A stretch of DNA of 64,000 nucleotides from Octopus bimaculoides (lineage: Eukaryota): positions 70,715,285-70,779,284 of the forward strand of contig NC_068984.1 in the NCBI RefSeq assembly GCF_001194135.2, given 5' to 3'. The notes under the pieces are model-generated. The model made no database searches, was not told where the DNA came from, and saw nothing but the letters and a program-made list of their open reading frames with translations. Both the position numbers and the translations under genes were made by a program. The first letter of the stretch is position 1. Each line of letters starts with the position of its first letter. This document shows, in pieces, positions 24,251-36,029 of the stretch.

Positions 24251-25089
24251 ATCATTTATAGACACATACATACATGTATATACACATACATAGATACACA
24301 CATGCATACATGCATACATACACACACACATACACATACAATGTAATGTGAACAACTTTTATGAGAGTAAAGTTATTTATATTATATTTATTGGAAGCTG
24401 GAGACTTCCAATAAATATAAAAGTGGTATTTTAAAAAAAGATGTATATATAATGATAAATAAATTTGCACAGAAAAATATTCAGAATTGATAAAAAATTT
24501 TGATTGGGGCTAAAAGAAACTGGTGGATTTCATTTACCGCAGGAACTAATTTGAAAAAATCTTTTATAAAAGAAATTGTGAAGACAGGGTGAAGGTAATA
24601 GACATGATTATATTGACTGAAAAACAAAAAGTTAATAATAACAATGCATGCTAAAAATTGTGCAAATACAGTGAAATACTATGTTAGCCAAAAAATTTAT
24701 AGGAGGAAGCATGCACACTTTTAAACCATAAATAAAGCCTATTAGAAATACAAATTGTGCAAAGATGGTTAGTATAAAATATAAATGGCATAAAACATGC
24801 ATTTGGTATTCATATGATAGGAAGATATATACATATATATGTATTACAAGAATGTATGTAGAAAATTTTGTGCATAGGTCATGACAATAATGTATGCATC
24901 CAATGATATTCTAAACCAGTTAAGCTATAAATGAAGATGAGAACTATGGAAACATGTGTAAGAGAGATAAGAATATATAAACATATATTGTTAAACTTGT
25001 AGAAGTCTTTCATGCAAAACGTGATGAGAAGCAACAAATGAACGGTAGTTTATTAGTATGCAGCAGTGATAAATACATCATGGATTTAC

Positions 25090-25310
25090 TAAAGTCACTA
25101 ATGACAAGTCTATCTTTGGGGGTACATTCTTTATCAGGGAGGGTCTTTGTATTTAGGTGCAACCATGCATCCTGTTGTCTGGTGAGAATGTAATCAACCT
25201 GGCTAACATAGTCACCTGATTGGTAGGTTATCAGGTGGTTGGCTGGCTTCCTGAAGTTGATGTTGCAGATCAATAGGTTATTTGCATCACAGAACTCCAG
25301 TAGCCTTTGG
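25090..25310 (-). mobile_element. RTE LINE APE endonuclease C-terminal fragment
   Basis: RLLEFCDANNLLICNINFRKPANHLITYQSGDYVSQVDYILTR..ECTPKDRLVISDF. Confidence 0.85.
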
Positions 25311-25599
25311 GAAATTAATGTAATTTTGTAGAAACAATTGTCAACTATGAAATAAAAGTGATATCCCAAATTTCAATTTTCAGTTCTCATTATTCATACT
25401 CTAGGGAAACAGAGTTTATGATTTTCTGTAAATTGAAACAAGAGTTTTATAGAGGAATATTCTCCTTTTGTAACTTTCAGATTGTTGCTATTCATAGAAG
25501 TGCTTCCATAATTTTTCTTATCCCAACTGAGCTACTCTCCTTCTTTTGATCTCCCCTCTCCCACTATATATCACATATAAATATCCATGTACATATATA

Positions 25600-26050
25600 C
25601 AAACACACATTGCCAATACCAGTGTCACGTAATTGACACCTGTGCTTGTGTCACATAGAAAGCACCTTTTGAGTGTTGGGCCTCATAGAGGCATCTGCCA
25701 CCCATGCTGGTGGCACATAAAAAGCACCTTTCAAGTGTTGGGACTCACAGAAGCAATGAAATATGATTGAGACCTTTGGCAATATGCTATGCTTGAGAAG
25801 ATGACCCATCAAACTGAGTGAAATCATAGTCATGGTGGATACTGGTGTCACACAACTGGTACTCCTGCCAGTGGCATGTAAAAGCACCCATTATACTTTC
25901 AGAGTGGTTGGCATTAGGAAGGGCATCCAGTCACAGAAATGATGCCAAATCAGACCGGAATCTGGTGCAGCCCCTCAGCTTGCCAGCCCTGGTCAAACCA
26001 TCCAACCCATGCTAGCATGGACAATGGACGTTAAACGATGATAATGATGA
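25600..26050 (+). mobile_element. RTE 3' end with internal subrepeats and (GAT)n tail
   Basis: Repeated (g)gtggcac(a/g)taaaaagcacc units followed by the conserved gtggttggcattaggaagggcatccag..catgctagcatgg..ttaaacgatg. Confidence 0.8.
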
Positions 26051-26054
26051 TATG

Positions 26055-26172
26055 GTCAAGCTTCTTCCAGATTCCATCCATCTACCAAATCCTTTCACAA
26101 TAAACACTGTGGGACCGAACCCAGAACTATGTGATTAGGAATGAAGCTTCTTACCACACAGCCCTGCCTGCA
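26055..26172 (-). mobile_element. Internally deleted tRNA-headed SINE
   Basis: The reverse complement reads ggctgtgtggtaagaagcttc..ctgggttcggtcccacag (A/B-box-like). Confidence 0.65.
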
Positions 26173-27232
26173 CATCATTATTTTATCCTTAGTTCTACTC
26201 CACAAGCAGCCTTTTGACCCAAGATCAAACATCAGTGGATGTTTAATATTGTATTAAATTAGATTAAATCATGGAGTTATGTGCCTGCATCAGTGGAATA
26301 GTGGATAAGTGTTTGGTACTACGTACAATTCCATGAGTAAAAACAATCCATGATTACAATAGATTGCAATGCAGTGTAGATGTAAATATAAAAAAGGAAA
26401 AAAAAAAAAAAAACAAGAATTCATTTCTGAAGCTATGATTGGTAGTTTGAAAAATATATAATTGCATTAACAACACATTACAACTCATCATAATTGTACA
26501 ACAGTAAGGTTATGGAGATTTACTTGGTGTATAAACAAGCAGAAAATAAGTCAAGAAAAAATTCTTGCAGCAATGAAAAAATAAAATGTTGCTCTTAACA
26601 GTAAAAGAGGAAAAAGAGCATTTAAAAACAATTCTATACCTTGTTCTTTGAATAAAAAGAAAATAAACTCTTGTAGATTGTGTACCACTTCAGAAGATCT
26701 AAGAGAACACTAGATAATCATCAATTACAACACTAATCAAGTTGCTCTGAAATGAAGACACGAATTAAGAAAGTCGTATTAACGATCTTATGAATATTAA
26801 TTTGTAATCTAGTATATAATCATTTAAGAACTTAGTATAGTGAGTTGGCACAAACTGTAGATTGTTGACCTCATGTATTTAGCTTCTTTACTCTATGGTC
26901 TATGTCAGCATTGACTTTGCTATTCATTACACTAGTGTGGCAATTAAATAACTACTCAAAAGATACTGATATCAATTAGATTGACTGTTCTCTTGTCTAA
27001 AGAAACTGGCATTACACATTGGCTCTGAGGCTAGTAGCCTGAGAAAATGTTCATTGCTACGTGGGTACCTATTGGTTTTCCTTGAAAGTCTTGCTCAGTC
27101 ACGCATTCTGCAGAAGAATTTTCCCCATACAGATACATGATCAATTCTATTTGATAGAAGCTTAAGACTCGGGTATAAACAAATTTGTATCTGTTACTCA
27201 ATGATGATTAACTCAGATATTTCAGAAAACTT

Positions 27233-27297
27233 GCAAAGGAAACTAGGACAAACTATGAGTGCAAAAGGCACTCATAGTCTGTCCTAGGCAAAGGAAA
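27233..27297. mobile_element. 45-bp foldback insertion flanked by a perfect 10-bp direct repeat
   Basis: gcaaaggaaa [ctaggaca-a-actatgagtgc aaaag gcactcatagt-c-tgtcctag] gcaaaggaaa. 19 of 20 stem pairs are complementary. Confidence 0.7.
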
Positions 27298-27385
27298 TGG
27301 AGCAAAATGCAAAAGAGAAGAGATTGAGAAGAATGTTATATTACTTGGTGTTACAGGCAATAAACATANNNNNNNNNNNNNNNNN

Positions 27386-27431
<46 letters not shown>

Positions 27432-28055
27432 GATAGAAACTTTGTTGTGAAGACATATGCATCATAACTTCTGGGATAGAGAAGTAATTTTCACTCTTTT
27501 CGAATAGAATGTAAAATTTGGTTGTTGTTTTGAAAGAAAACAAAAGCATTTAATTGCATTATTCCCCAATACTCAATGGGTTTTAAATTTAAGCTTTCTT
27601 CTTGTTTTTTAGCATTACACTTTAACTTCTTAATACCAACCTACCTGATCTTGCCTGTTCACATTGAAATGAAAATCTTGGAAAAAATGTTACATAACAT
27701 GGCTGGCATAATGAGATTTTTGGTTGGGCATCACCAATATCATATAGAAATACATAAAGTTACAGTATTGTACTAAAACTTCCAAAGTCTTAATTATATA
27801 GAAAACTAATTGAAATTTATAGTGCAACCTAATCATGAGAAACATAGTTAAAAGATTAACCTCACTATGCTTCAACTATACATTGAATTGAGCTAATAAG
27901 AAGTCATAAAAGAAGTTGGATTTGATTATTTCAAATGCTTTTGATATCAGTAAAAGTTAAATACGATGATATTAGCAACTCATAATATCTTCATAATTAA
28001 ACTGTCAATTAATCTAATTTCCTGATGCCACTGAATGTTTATACAAACATTTGTC

Positions 28056-28254
28056 TATAAGAGGGAGTGCTGAAAAGTTCCTGGCTTTAAGGATGTCATG
28101 AAAGGCCTAATTGGAAGCTCACCTTTCCAAGTTCTTTTATAGGGCTTGGAAAAACTGAAGGGCTACTGCAATAAGTGTGCGAATCTGAGAAGGGAATATG
28201 TTAAATAAAATCCTGTATTTTCTTTTACACAAAACCAGGAACTTTTGAATCGTA
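28056..28254 (+). mobile_element. Mariner-derived MITE
   Basis: TIRs gctgaaaagttcctggcttt and aaaaccaggaacttttgaatc. Internal sequence resembles the transposase C-terminus (GLEKLK..CNKCANLRREY). Confidence 0.7.
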
Positions 28255-29634
28255 GTAAGCTAGTTACTACATGACTACTGAGCATGTGCAAAGACAATAC
28301 TTCTACTGATGATGACTAAAATTCAAAAACCTTTGGCGTTGTCTCTCTTTAGCCTAACTACAACTATAGTTCCTCTTCTTAATTATAAAGTGCAAGTTTT
28401 ATTATAAATAGAACACAACCAAGACTGTTGATACTTGAGCTGTTTTTAGTTTATAAAATGTATTACACTGAGTCTAAGATGCATATTGTATTTTTCTTCG
28501 ATATAATGAGCTTGTTTGCATTTATCTTCCATGAAAAGTGCCAAGAACTTGTTACAACTGTCTTAATTAGATAAATTCAATAACGTATATAGTCTTTTCC
28601 TTATTCCTACTAGCTGTATAAAATAATATTAAAAGAGAATATTAGAACTTTCAGACTGCTAGTATAATTGATATATTGTTGTATGTATTAGGTCTTCAGT
28701 GAATAGCAAATGTGAGCCATCGTATATAGGTTATACATATTTCCACTGTCAATAAAGGAAATGTATGTCAAATTTAGTGATTAGCTCTTTCGATTAAATG
28801 TACTTTCCGAATAAATAACTGGACATATGTTAAGCTAAGATAATGAGACATCACTATGACCTGTGTGATTGATACCAATTAGTGAGATAATTACTCTACA
28901 TCATTGGTGGATGTGTGTGTTAGTGTGGATGTGTGTGCAATAAGTGAAATAACGGCTTCATGGGTGTGCATGATATTTCTGTTAAGTGACTTCAGAAATT
29001 AATTAAGCATCTAAACTACATCAACAACTTTTCTCCATCATTTCTGATTAAATATAATCTTGTACTGAAGACTCTATACTTGATACTCCACTTCTCCATC
29101 TTTTCAACTCATAATTACTATTGCTCTTGATCTTATTAGTTTCTAAAACAACAAAATGATTTTGTAATTACTGTAAGTAAAGGCTGAAATCAAGCAAGTC
29201 TAAATTGTATATCCACACGTTTTCCTTATGTCATTCCTATTTTGTGCTATACTAAATACTTTACACAGTTCACCGCTAAACTTCATCTTTGTAGAACTTG
29301 CCTAACTCTTGCTTTCATTTCTCATCTGTAAACATCAGCTGCTGAGATTTAAGATAATCATCACCACTTTGGAAATACTTATTAAAACTATACATTCTGC
29401 TGCACTTTCTATATTGACCAATAAATAAACAAAACAACAAGCCTGTAATATTTAAGAAGAATGATAAATAATTATGTAACACCAAGAAAATTTGGTGTTT
29501 CAGAGGAACTAGCAAGTGAATGGAGAAAGATATGCAATAAACCTTAGAGATTAGCTTTGCAAATGGCCCAAATGCTGAAGAAAGTTACTAAGAGAGTACT
29601 TGGAAATAGTTGTGATTGAAAATCTGTAACATTT

Positions 29635-30300
29635 AGATGTTTTGCAAACAACTTGCACTGCGAGTGCTACAAGACAAAAGCTCCGCATACAGGAAGCCAG
29701 CAAGTGTATGGAGTCATCAGGAGAGAATCATTCCATTTCAGGGCCTACCTCTCGACGGCATCATTGCGCACTGCCCTCCCTCACTGATATGAAGCTCTCC
29801 TTGCTAGAGCAACTGGTTATCAAATAAAGCTCAATATTCTTCTAGCCATTGCTCATCATTTCTTTTTAACCAAATCCAGTGGCTAACCTTTTTCACTATA
29901 GTTTGGATATCATTCATGGTGGTATTTACTTTACAATGAGTTAGGCCTAATGATAACAAGTTACCTTACACTGTGTCTAACAAATCCTTACAGCCAACTT
30001 CAATTGGAAAATGCTCTGCTTTCCAGCCTGCATCTTCACATTCATGTAAAATAAATTTGGGATTTTAAGGTAAAATACAGGATAATGCTTGAGATTCATG
30101 AGATATTATGATTTAGCACTTTAGAAATGAACAAAACTTATATAAAAACTATCAGCTAATCTAGAAAATAAGGTACAAACATTTCCTCAATTTGTAGTAC
30201 AAAACAGGCAAATGGAGGTTATAGGTTCTTATAAATGGAAACAAAGTTAGCAACAACAAGAATGACTTTCTTGATCTTGATATACCTAAACAAATAACAA
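29635..30300 (-). mobile_element. HERO/NeSL-like RLE LINE 3' end and 3' UTR
   Basis: Minus translation LHECEDAGWKAEHFPIEVGCK..VKKVSHWIWLKRNDEQW matches the HERO-type C-terminal motifs GW..PIEVGC and WxWLKR. Confidence 0.75.
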
Positions 30301-30651
30301 ATAGAAGCATAAATATTACTGTAAAAACTAGTGGACTGGCAAAAACTGGATTACTTTAGTTCTTTCCTATTTGGTGGAGTTACAAATCCTTTGCAACCAT
30401 TAGATGTTAGTATCAGTCAGCTATTTAAGTTCATGATGAGGAAGATATGAAATAACTAGATGTGATAGAGAAAAATCATACATCGAAAGAGGTAATATGT
30501 GGATTCCATCATTGTCTTTGATTTGTGAGTGGATTGTTACTTTATGGAAGGAAATATAGTCTAATATTATTATCAAATTGTTAAAAAAGTGAGAAATTTT
30601 TAATGGATGGTGCAGAAGACAAATGATCATGGTGGTAGTGGTGGTGATTGT

Positions 30652-30790
<139 letters not shown>

Positions 30791-31246
30791 GTATGCAGCC
30801 TGTAATTACACACAGTAATGATAAAGACAATTCCCATGAGGAAATAAATCACTTCAGATAATTATCAAAGCTTATTCAGTGCTGAATATGATAAACAGTG
30901 TGATTTTAAAGAACTCTATTTCTGAAAAGCTTACATTTGCCACAAATTTGTTAAAGCAACTATTACAGTTTTGTATATATATATATATACATAAAGCCTA
31001 CATATTCATTTTCCTTTACTGATGTTTCAGCATTTTTGTTTCAATATCCACAGCCTTAAACTGCATGGAATTACTTAATTAGTGTGATATGTAAGACCTT
31101 AATGAAAATATACAATAAAGTATTATGGATATAAATAAAACAAGTATATTATTAAGAGTTACATGGTCATATTTACACAGACGAATACATTTTGGTATGT
31201 ATGTTGGATGATTATTCTTATTATTTCCTTCTTTATTCCCTTAAGA

Positions 31247-31495
31247 CAGTGTTTCTCAACCAATTTTTTTTTACCTATGGATCTTCTTTGATTCTTAGTT
31301 AATTGGAGTGGACCTTCATAATCATTCTATGTTTTAAAAATCTTATTATATTCTTATAATTAAATATTATTAGGAATTGTATTCAAAAAGATTGTTAAAA
31401 ATAATTTGCATATAACTGATTTTTGCACATAAATTCTAACAACAAAATCTTATGTGAACCCCCAAGGGCCATATGGACCCTGGTTGAGAGCCATT
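31247..31495. mobile_element. hAT (Charlie-type) MITE
   Basis: TIRs cagtgtttctcaacc and ggttgagagcca, an AT-rich interior, and ttaag on both flanks. Confidence 0.7.
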
Positions 31496-31559
31496 TAAGT
31501 TGTAAGAGATTATTTAAGATTCTGCTACTGATATAATTCTCTGTAAACACTGTAAGGAC

Positions 31560-31835
31560 TGTAAGATTCGACATGGACAGCAGGAAGGGACACAGCTAGC
31601 ATTATGAATGCACTAAACATTGAAATTCATCCTTACACCTTTGAACAGAGTCTTAAGCTCAATTCGGATAGCTATGTGAAACTTCTGGAGACTGGTCAAT
31701 GCCTGACTGGAGAGCCTAGCTGCTGGAAGGTCATATGTGTGACAGAAGGATTCAGCTACTTGCCATATCTGTGGAAAGAGTCAGAAGTGGCTGTCAGGAA
31801 TTTCTACGACTTCACCAGCTGCAGATTTTTAGGTT
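31560..31835 (+). mobile_element. Tc1/mariner-superfamily transposase fragment
   Basis: Frame-broken QSLKLNSDSYVKLLET..AAGRSYV*QKDSATCHICGKSQKWLS resembles the QQDSAPxH catalytic motif. Confidence 0.7.
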
Positions 31836-34368
31836 AAATTTGGTTTTGAAAAAATTAGGCATTTACATGAGTATATAAGGCAAACAAATTGTAGCTAGAT
31901 ACCTGTGTTAGCATTAGAAGCATGTTGAGCATGAAAGAAGCAATTGAGTGTAAGTTTCAAAGAGAATAAATGCGATTATTAAAAAAGAGTTGAGAATATA
32001 ACACAAAGTCTTTAAGAATACTTCAACACAAGAACATATGATATGCAAAAATAGGAAGTAATATATGATGATGGGATAGATATACTCTGGTTACTTCATT
32101 ATTTGTCCTTAAAGGCAGTTGGACTTAAAATTAGTAAAACAACAGTCAAATCTTTTGTAGTATTTGATTGTGAAACCTTATAATTTGCATGCAAAATTTA
32201 AACTTATCAATGTCAACTTTGCATTTTCTCTTTCTGTGGGTGATTAAATATCAGACAAAATGTTAGATCACTTTAACCAACTAAAATTTATTGAATGTCA
32301 TTTATTCCCCAACAGCATCACAATCAAATCACTGCCACCAGTATAAGAATAAAAGAGTTAGTATATATGTAGAGTTTATTAATTCCAGAAGGGGAAAATA
32401 AGTCATTGAAAATGTGAAGTGTTGTGGCACAGTCGCCAGTGCCAATGTTCTTACTTTGGTAATAAACCAAAGAGCTGCAACTTGCAATGCAGAAGATGAC
32501 AAAGTATGACTCATTGACAGGCAGATATCTTTACATGCCAGTCACTGTTGAGGTCTTCAGATTGCAGGCCTTGGTTTACCACTCTCCTCCATCAAATTTT
32601 TCTGAAGATTTCATGCCTAAAGAAAAAATATCATGAAATATTTTCTGATGCAGTGAGTTTTAGTGGCTATTTATAACAGCTTGCAGTCTTATCTGTAGGG
32701 TGTAAGCATGACAATTTGTTAGAAAAAAAGTAGAATCTGTCATTATTTTAATCTTTTTTATATGTACATATACATATATAAGAATTTAGTCTTAAGTAGT
32801 TTAATAAACGTTTTATGTAAGAAAAAGCAAACAAAATCAAAAACAAAAACCATTCAAATTATTGTAAATTAAAAGTTGCAAACTAAATTATTTGATCAGC
32901 TGCTTAACAATTATCAGCTTAAATCTGCTGACAACATTTCATTGTATCTGTGGGTTGCATAATTGTATATTATTGTCTCAGTCTGTTGGTTTGTAACAAA
33001 CAGCACATTTTCAGTATAACAATGAAGAGTATCAACTATCCATTGGTACATAACCTTATTCCTTTATGTCTCATGCAACTGATTTATTTACTGCACCAGT
33101 TTATTCATCCCTGCTTAAGTGAAATTATTATAAGACATCATTTATAAATTGAAAATTACAGTTGAAAGATATGTACTACAGCATATGAGCTTTAGAGAGA
33201 AAATATATTTCTTACCTTGTACATTGTGTACCTTTCCATTGATTTGACCTACCATATGTTAGGACCTAAGGGAATGCAATGATTTGAGGGGCTGTTGTTT
33301 GAAAGTGGAACTAGATACAACAAACCACTACTATTTGGTATCTGAATAGTAGGGAAAAGCTGTACTCTTTCTCTACTCACTCTCCAGCACTAAGTACAAT
33401 TAATATCTATTTTAACTTCTAGTGTTCAGATCAAATATTTCTATGGGTCTGTTAAAGATATTTGAATGATAGTTCACTGTTTATATCTTATAAGATGAGC
33501 ATCTCCCTTCCACATGTGATAGAGCTGATCCTATCATTGGGGAATATCTCTTAGAAAATATCAGATATTAAGTCTATTTATCACACTTTCATATGATAAA
33601 ATACAATATCTAACACACACACATACATTTATAAATGCATATGTTTACTCATACATATGTAAATAACTATGCTTTGTTTTTGTTCCAAATAGCCGAAATA
33701 AGTAAATGAATTAGACATAAAGATATGGAAAACAAATATGGAATAGAAGAGAACTATAAATATTTTAGATTCCAACAGTGATGTTCCCTTAAGTAGAAAT
33801 TTATGAAATATCACCTATCCATCTTTCTTAACAAACGATTTTTTTAAAATTAATTTAGAAATTAATAATTTTCACATGGAACAAATTTATGAAAAATATT
33901 CAGATTGTTGTTGAGTTATTCTGCATTTTTCGATGATGGTTTTTAAAATTAAAAAAAGTAAAACAACTATTTTCCATATCTTCTTAGAATGTTCTTTCCA
34001 TATTAACATATGTGGGATGTGCTCAAAGAAAAGCCTTACAATTTGAATGTTTTTTTATAAAACATTTAGAAATTTAATATATCATTCCCTAAGTTAGGGA
34101 AATAATGCAAGAATGTAGGAAGATGCTTCAATGTTGTGTGTATGTAAATATGTATATATATATATAAATATGTGTGTGTGTGTGTGTGTATGTGTGTACA
34201 TGTATATATATATATGTATAGATAAGTGNNNNNNNNNNNNNNNNNNNNNNNNNNNNNNNNNNNNNNNNNNNNNNNNNNNNNNNNNNNNNNNNNNNNNNNN
34301 NNNNNNNNNNNNNNNNNNNATACATGCATAAAATACATACACACACATACTTGCACGCACACACGTGT

Positions 34369-34420
<52 letters not shown>

Positions 34421-34934
34421 ACAACTGTTTTTCAAATTTCTCTTATGTATTATAAATTTTGTAACCATGCACATTGGATTAATGAAAGAAAAAAACAACT
34501 TATTATTAAATTCATTTCGAGGCATAAAATAATGTCTTGCAATATCAACAATAATTTTTGAGTTTTCTTTTAGAATCCAGAAGATAGATATTGCTTATTC
34601 AATAAGGCATTTATTTTCAACTTCTCTTTTGTGACATATTCCTGCATTATTTCCATAATTAAAATCATTTGAAGTGCTGATATTTTTTTTTCTCTCAGCT
34701 GCATATTTATTTTTTAAAGCTAGTTTAATTGTTTGTTGTCTTTTATAATGCATTGTATTAAAATCAATGTATAACAGTGGAACATTTCATATTTCATATT
34801 TTACAAAAAATAAAAACTAAATCTTATTAATCCAATACAGTAACAACAAGACAGAGTCCTCAATACATATCCGGCAAAATATAGATCACCAACAATAAAC
34901 ACCACTTACTTATGGATACTTTAGAAATATATGA

Positions 34935-34972
34935 GTTAAACTAAGGTGAGTATTAACTCACCTTAGTTTAAC
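34935..34972. repeat. Perfect 17-bp inverted repeat with a 4-nt loop
   Basis: gttaaactaaggtgagt-atta-actcaccttagtttaac. Confidence 0.9.
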
Positions 34973-35246
34973 ATCACCATCCCAATTCCTGTTGCAAGTA
35001 TTTGGTTATCATTAAGTCCTTCCCGCATTTTTTTCTGCACATGCACAGGCAAAGTATTGACCATACTAATTTTGCTGTTTAGCAATGGTTATAAACATTA
35101 CATCTTCTTTTCTGGCAATACTATTTAAAAGAGTAAATAATTTGATAAAAAATTTTCACATATGTTATGCATGCTAGAGGACCAAATTTCAGATGACTGT
35201 TCATGGCAAACATGCATCTATCATACAGAGCTACAAACTACTACTA

Positions 35247-35329
<83 letters not shown>

Positions 35330-35334
35330 AGTTT

Positions 35335-35765
35335 CTAATTTTGACACAAGGCAAGTGAGTTTGGGTGAGAAGTTAAGTAGATTACTTCAACCTTAGTGCT
35401 CAACTTGTACTTATTTCATCGACCCTGGAGGGATGAAAGGCAAAGTCAACTGCAGTAGAATTTGAACACAGAGAAATACTACTAAACTTTTTGTCGGACT
35501 TGCATTTTTTGTCAGTTTGCTGCTTTAAATAATAATAATATAATATAATATAATTAATGATTTCAAATTTTGGCACAAGGCCAGCAATTACAGGGGAGGG
35601 GTAAGTTGATTATATTGAGCCAAGTGGTTGATTAGTACTAATTTTATTGACCCTAAAATGAAGAAAAGCAATGTCAACTTTGGCAGAATTGAAATTCTGA
35701 ATGTGGATATGCTTCTAGGCATTTTCTCCAAAACTCAAATGATTCTGCCAGCTTGCTGCTTTTAT
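35335..35765 (-). mobile_element. Two tandem SINE copies
   Basis: The core ggatgaaaggcaaagtcaac..gaatttgaac occurs at about 35420-35470 and again at about 35660-35700. Confidence 0.8.
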
Positions 35766-36029
35766 AATAAAAGTAATGATGATGATGATGATGATGACGA
35801 TGACGAGAAGGAGCAGCAGGAGGAGGGGAAGAAGGAGGGGAGAAGAAGGAGGAGAAAGTTATTTTTTCTCTTTTGACTCACCACAGGATGAAAAACAAAG
35901 CCTACCAAAGGGTGGTATAACTCTGGAGAGTTAATGGACATCGAAATAGTATTTCTTTATTCACATTGCTACAGATGATGCCAATATGACAATCATAAGT
36001 AATTAACTTTGTACACAGTAAAACCAGCC

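Noticed and set aside
26765-26815. Weak hairpin followed by CTAG as a Helitron 3' end
   Set aside because: The stem is AT-rich and imperfect, the spacing is too long, and no matching 5' end was found.
29642-29827. GC-rich stretch with all three plus frames open for about 50 codons after a ttag acceptor
   Set aside because: It lies directly downstream of the HERO-like ORF end on the minus strand and is better explained as its 3' UTR.
32455-32616. UGA recoding (A-to-I to UGG, or selenocysteine) rescuing the exon-like segment
   Set aside because: Two stops in 54 codons is unremarkable for random AT-rich DNA, and no SECIS or homology supports it.
33256-33344. Possible 89-nt minus-strand exon IPNSSGLLYLVPLSNNSPSNHCIPLGPNI
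   Set aside because: The splice sites are plausible, but there is no recognisable homology, there are competing donors, and it cannot be linked to any other exon.
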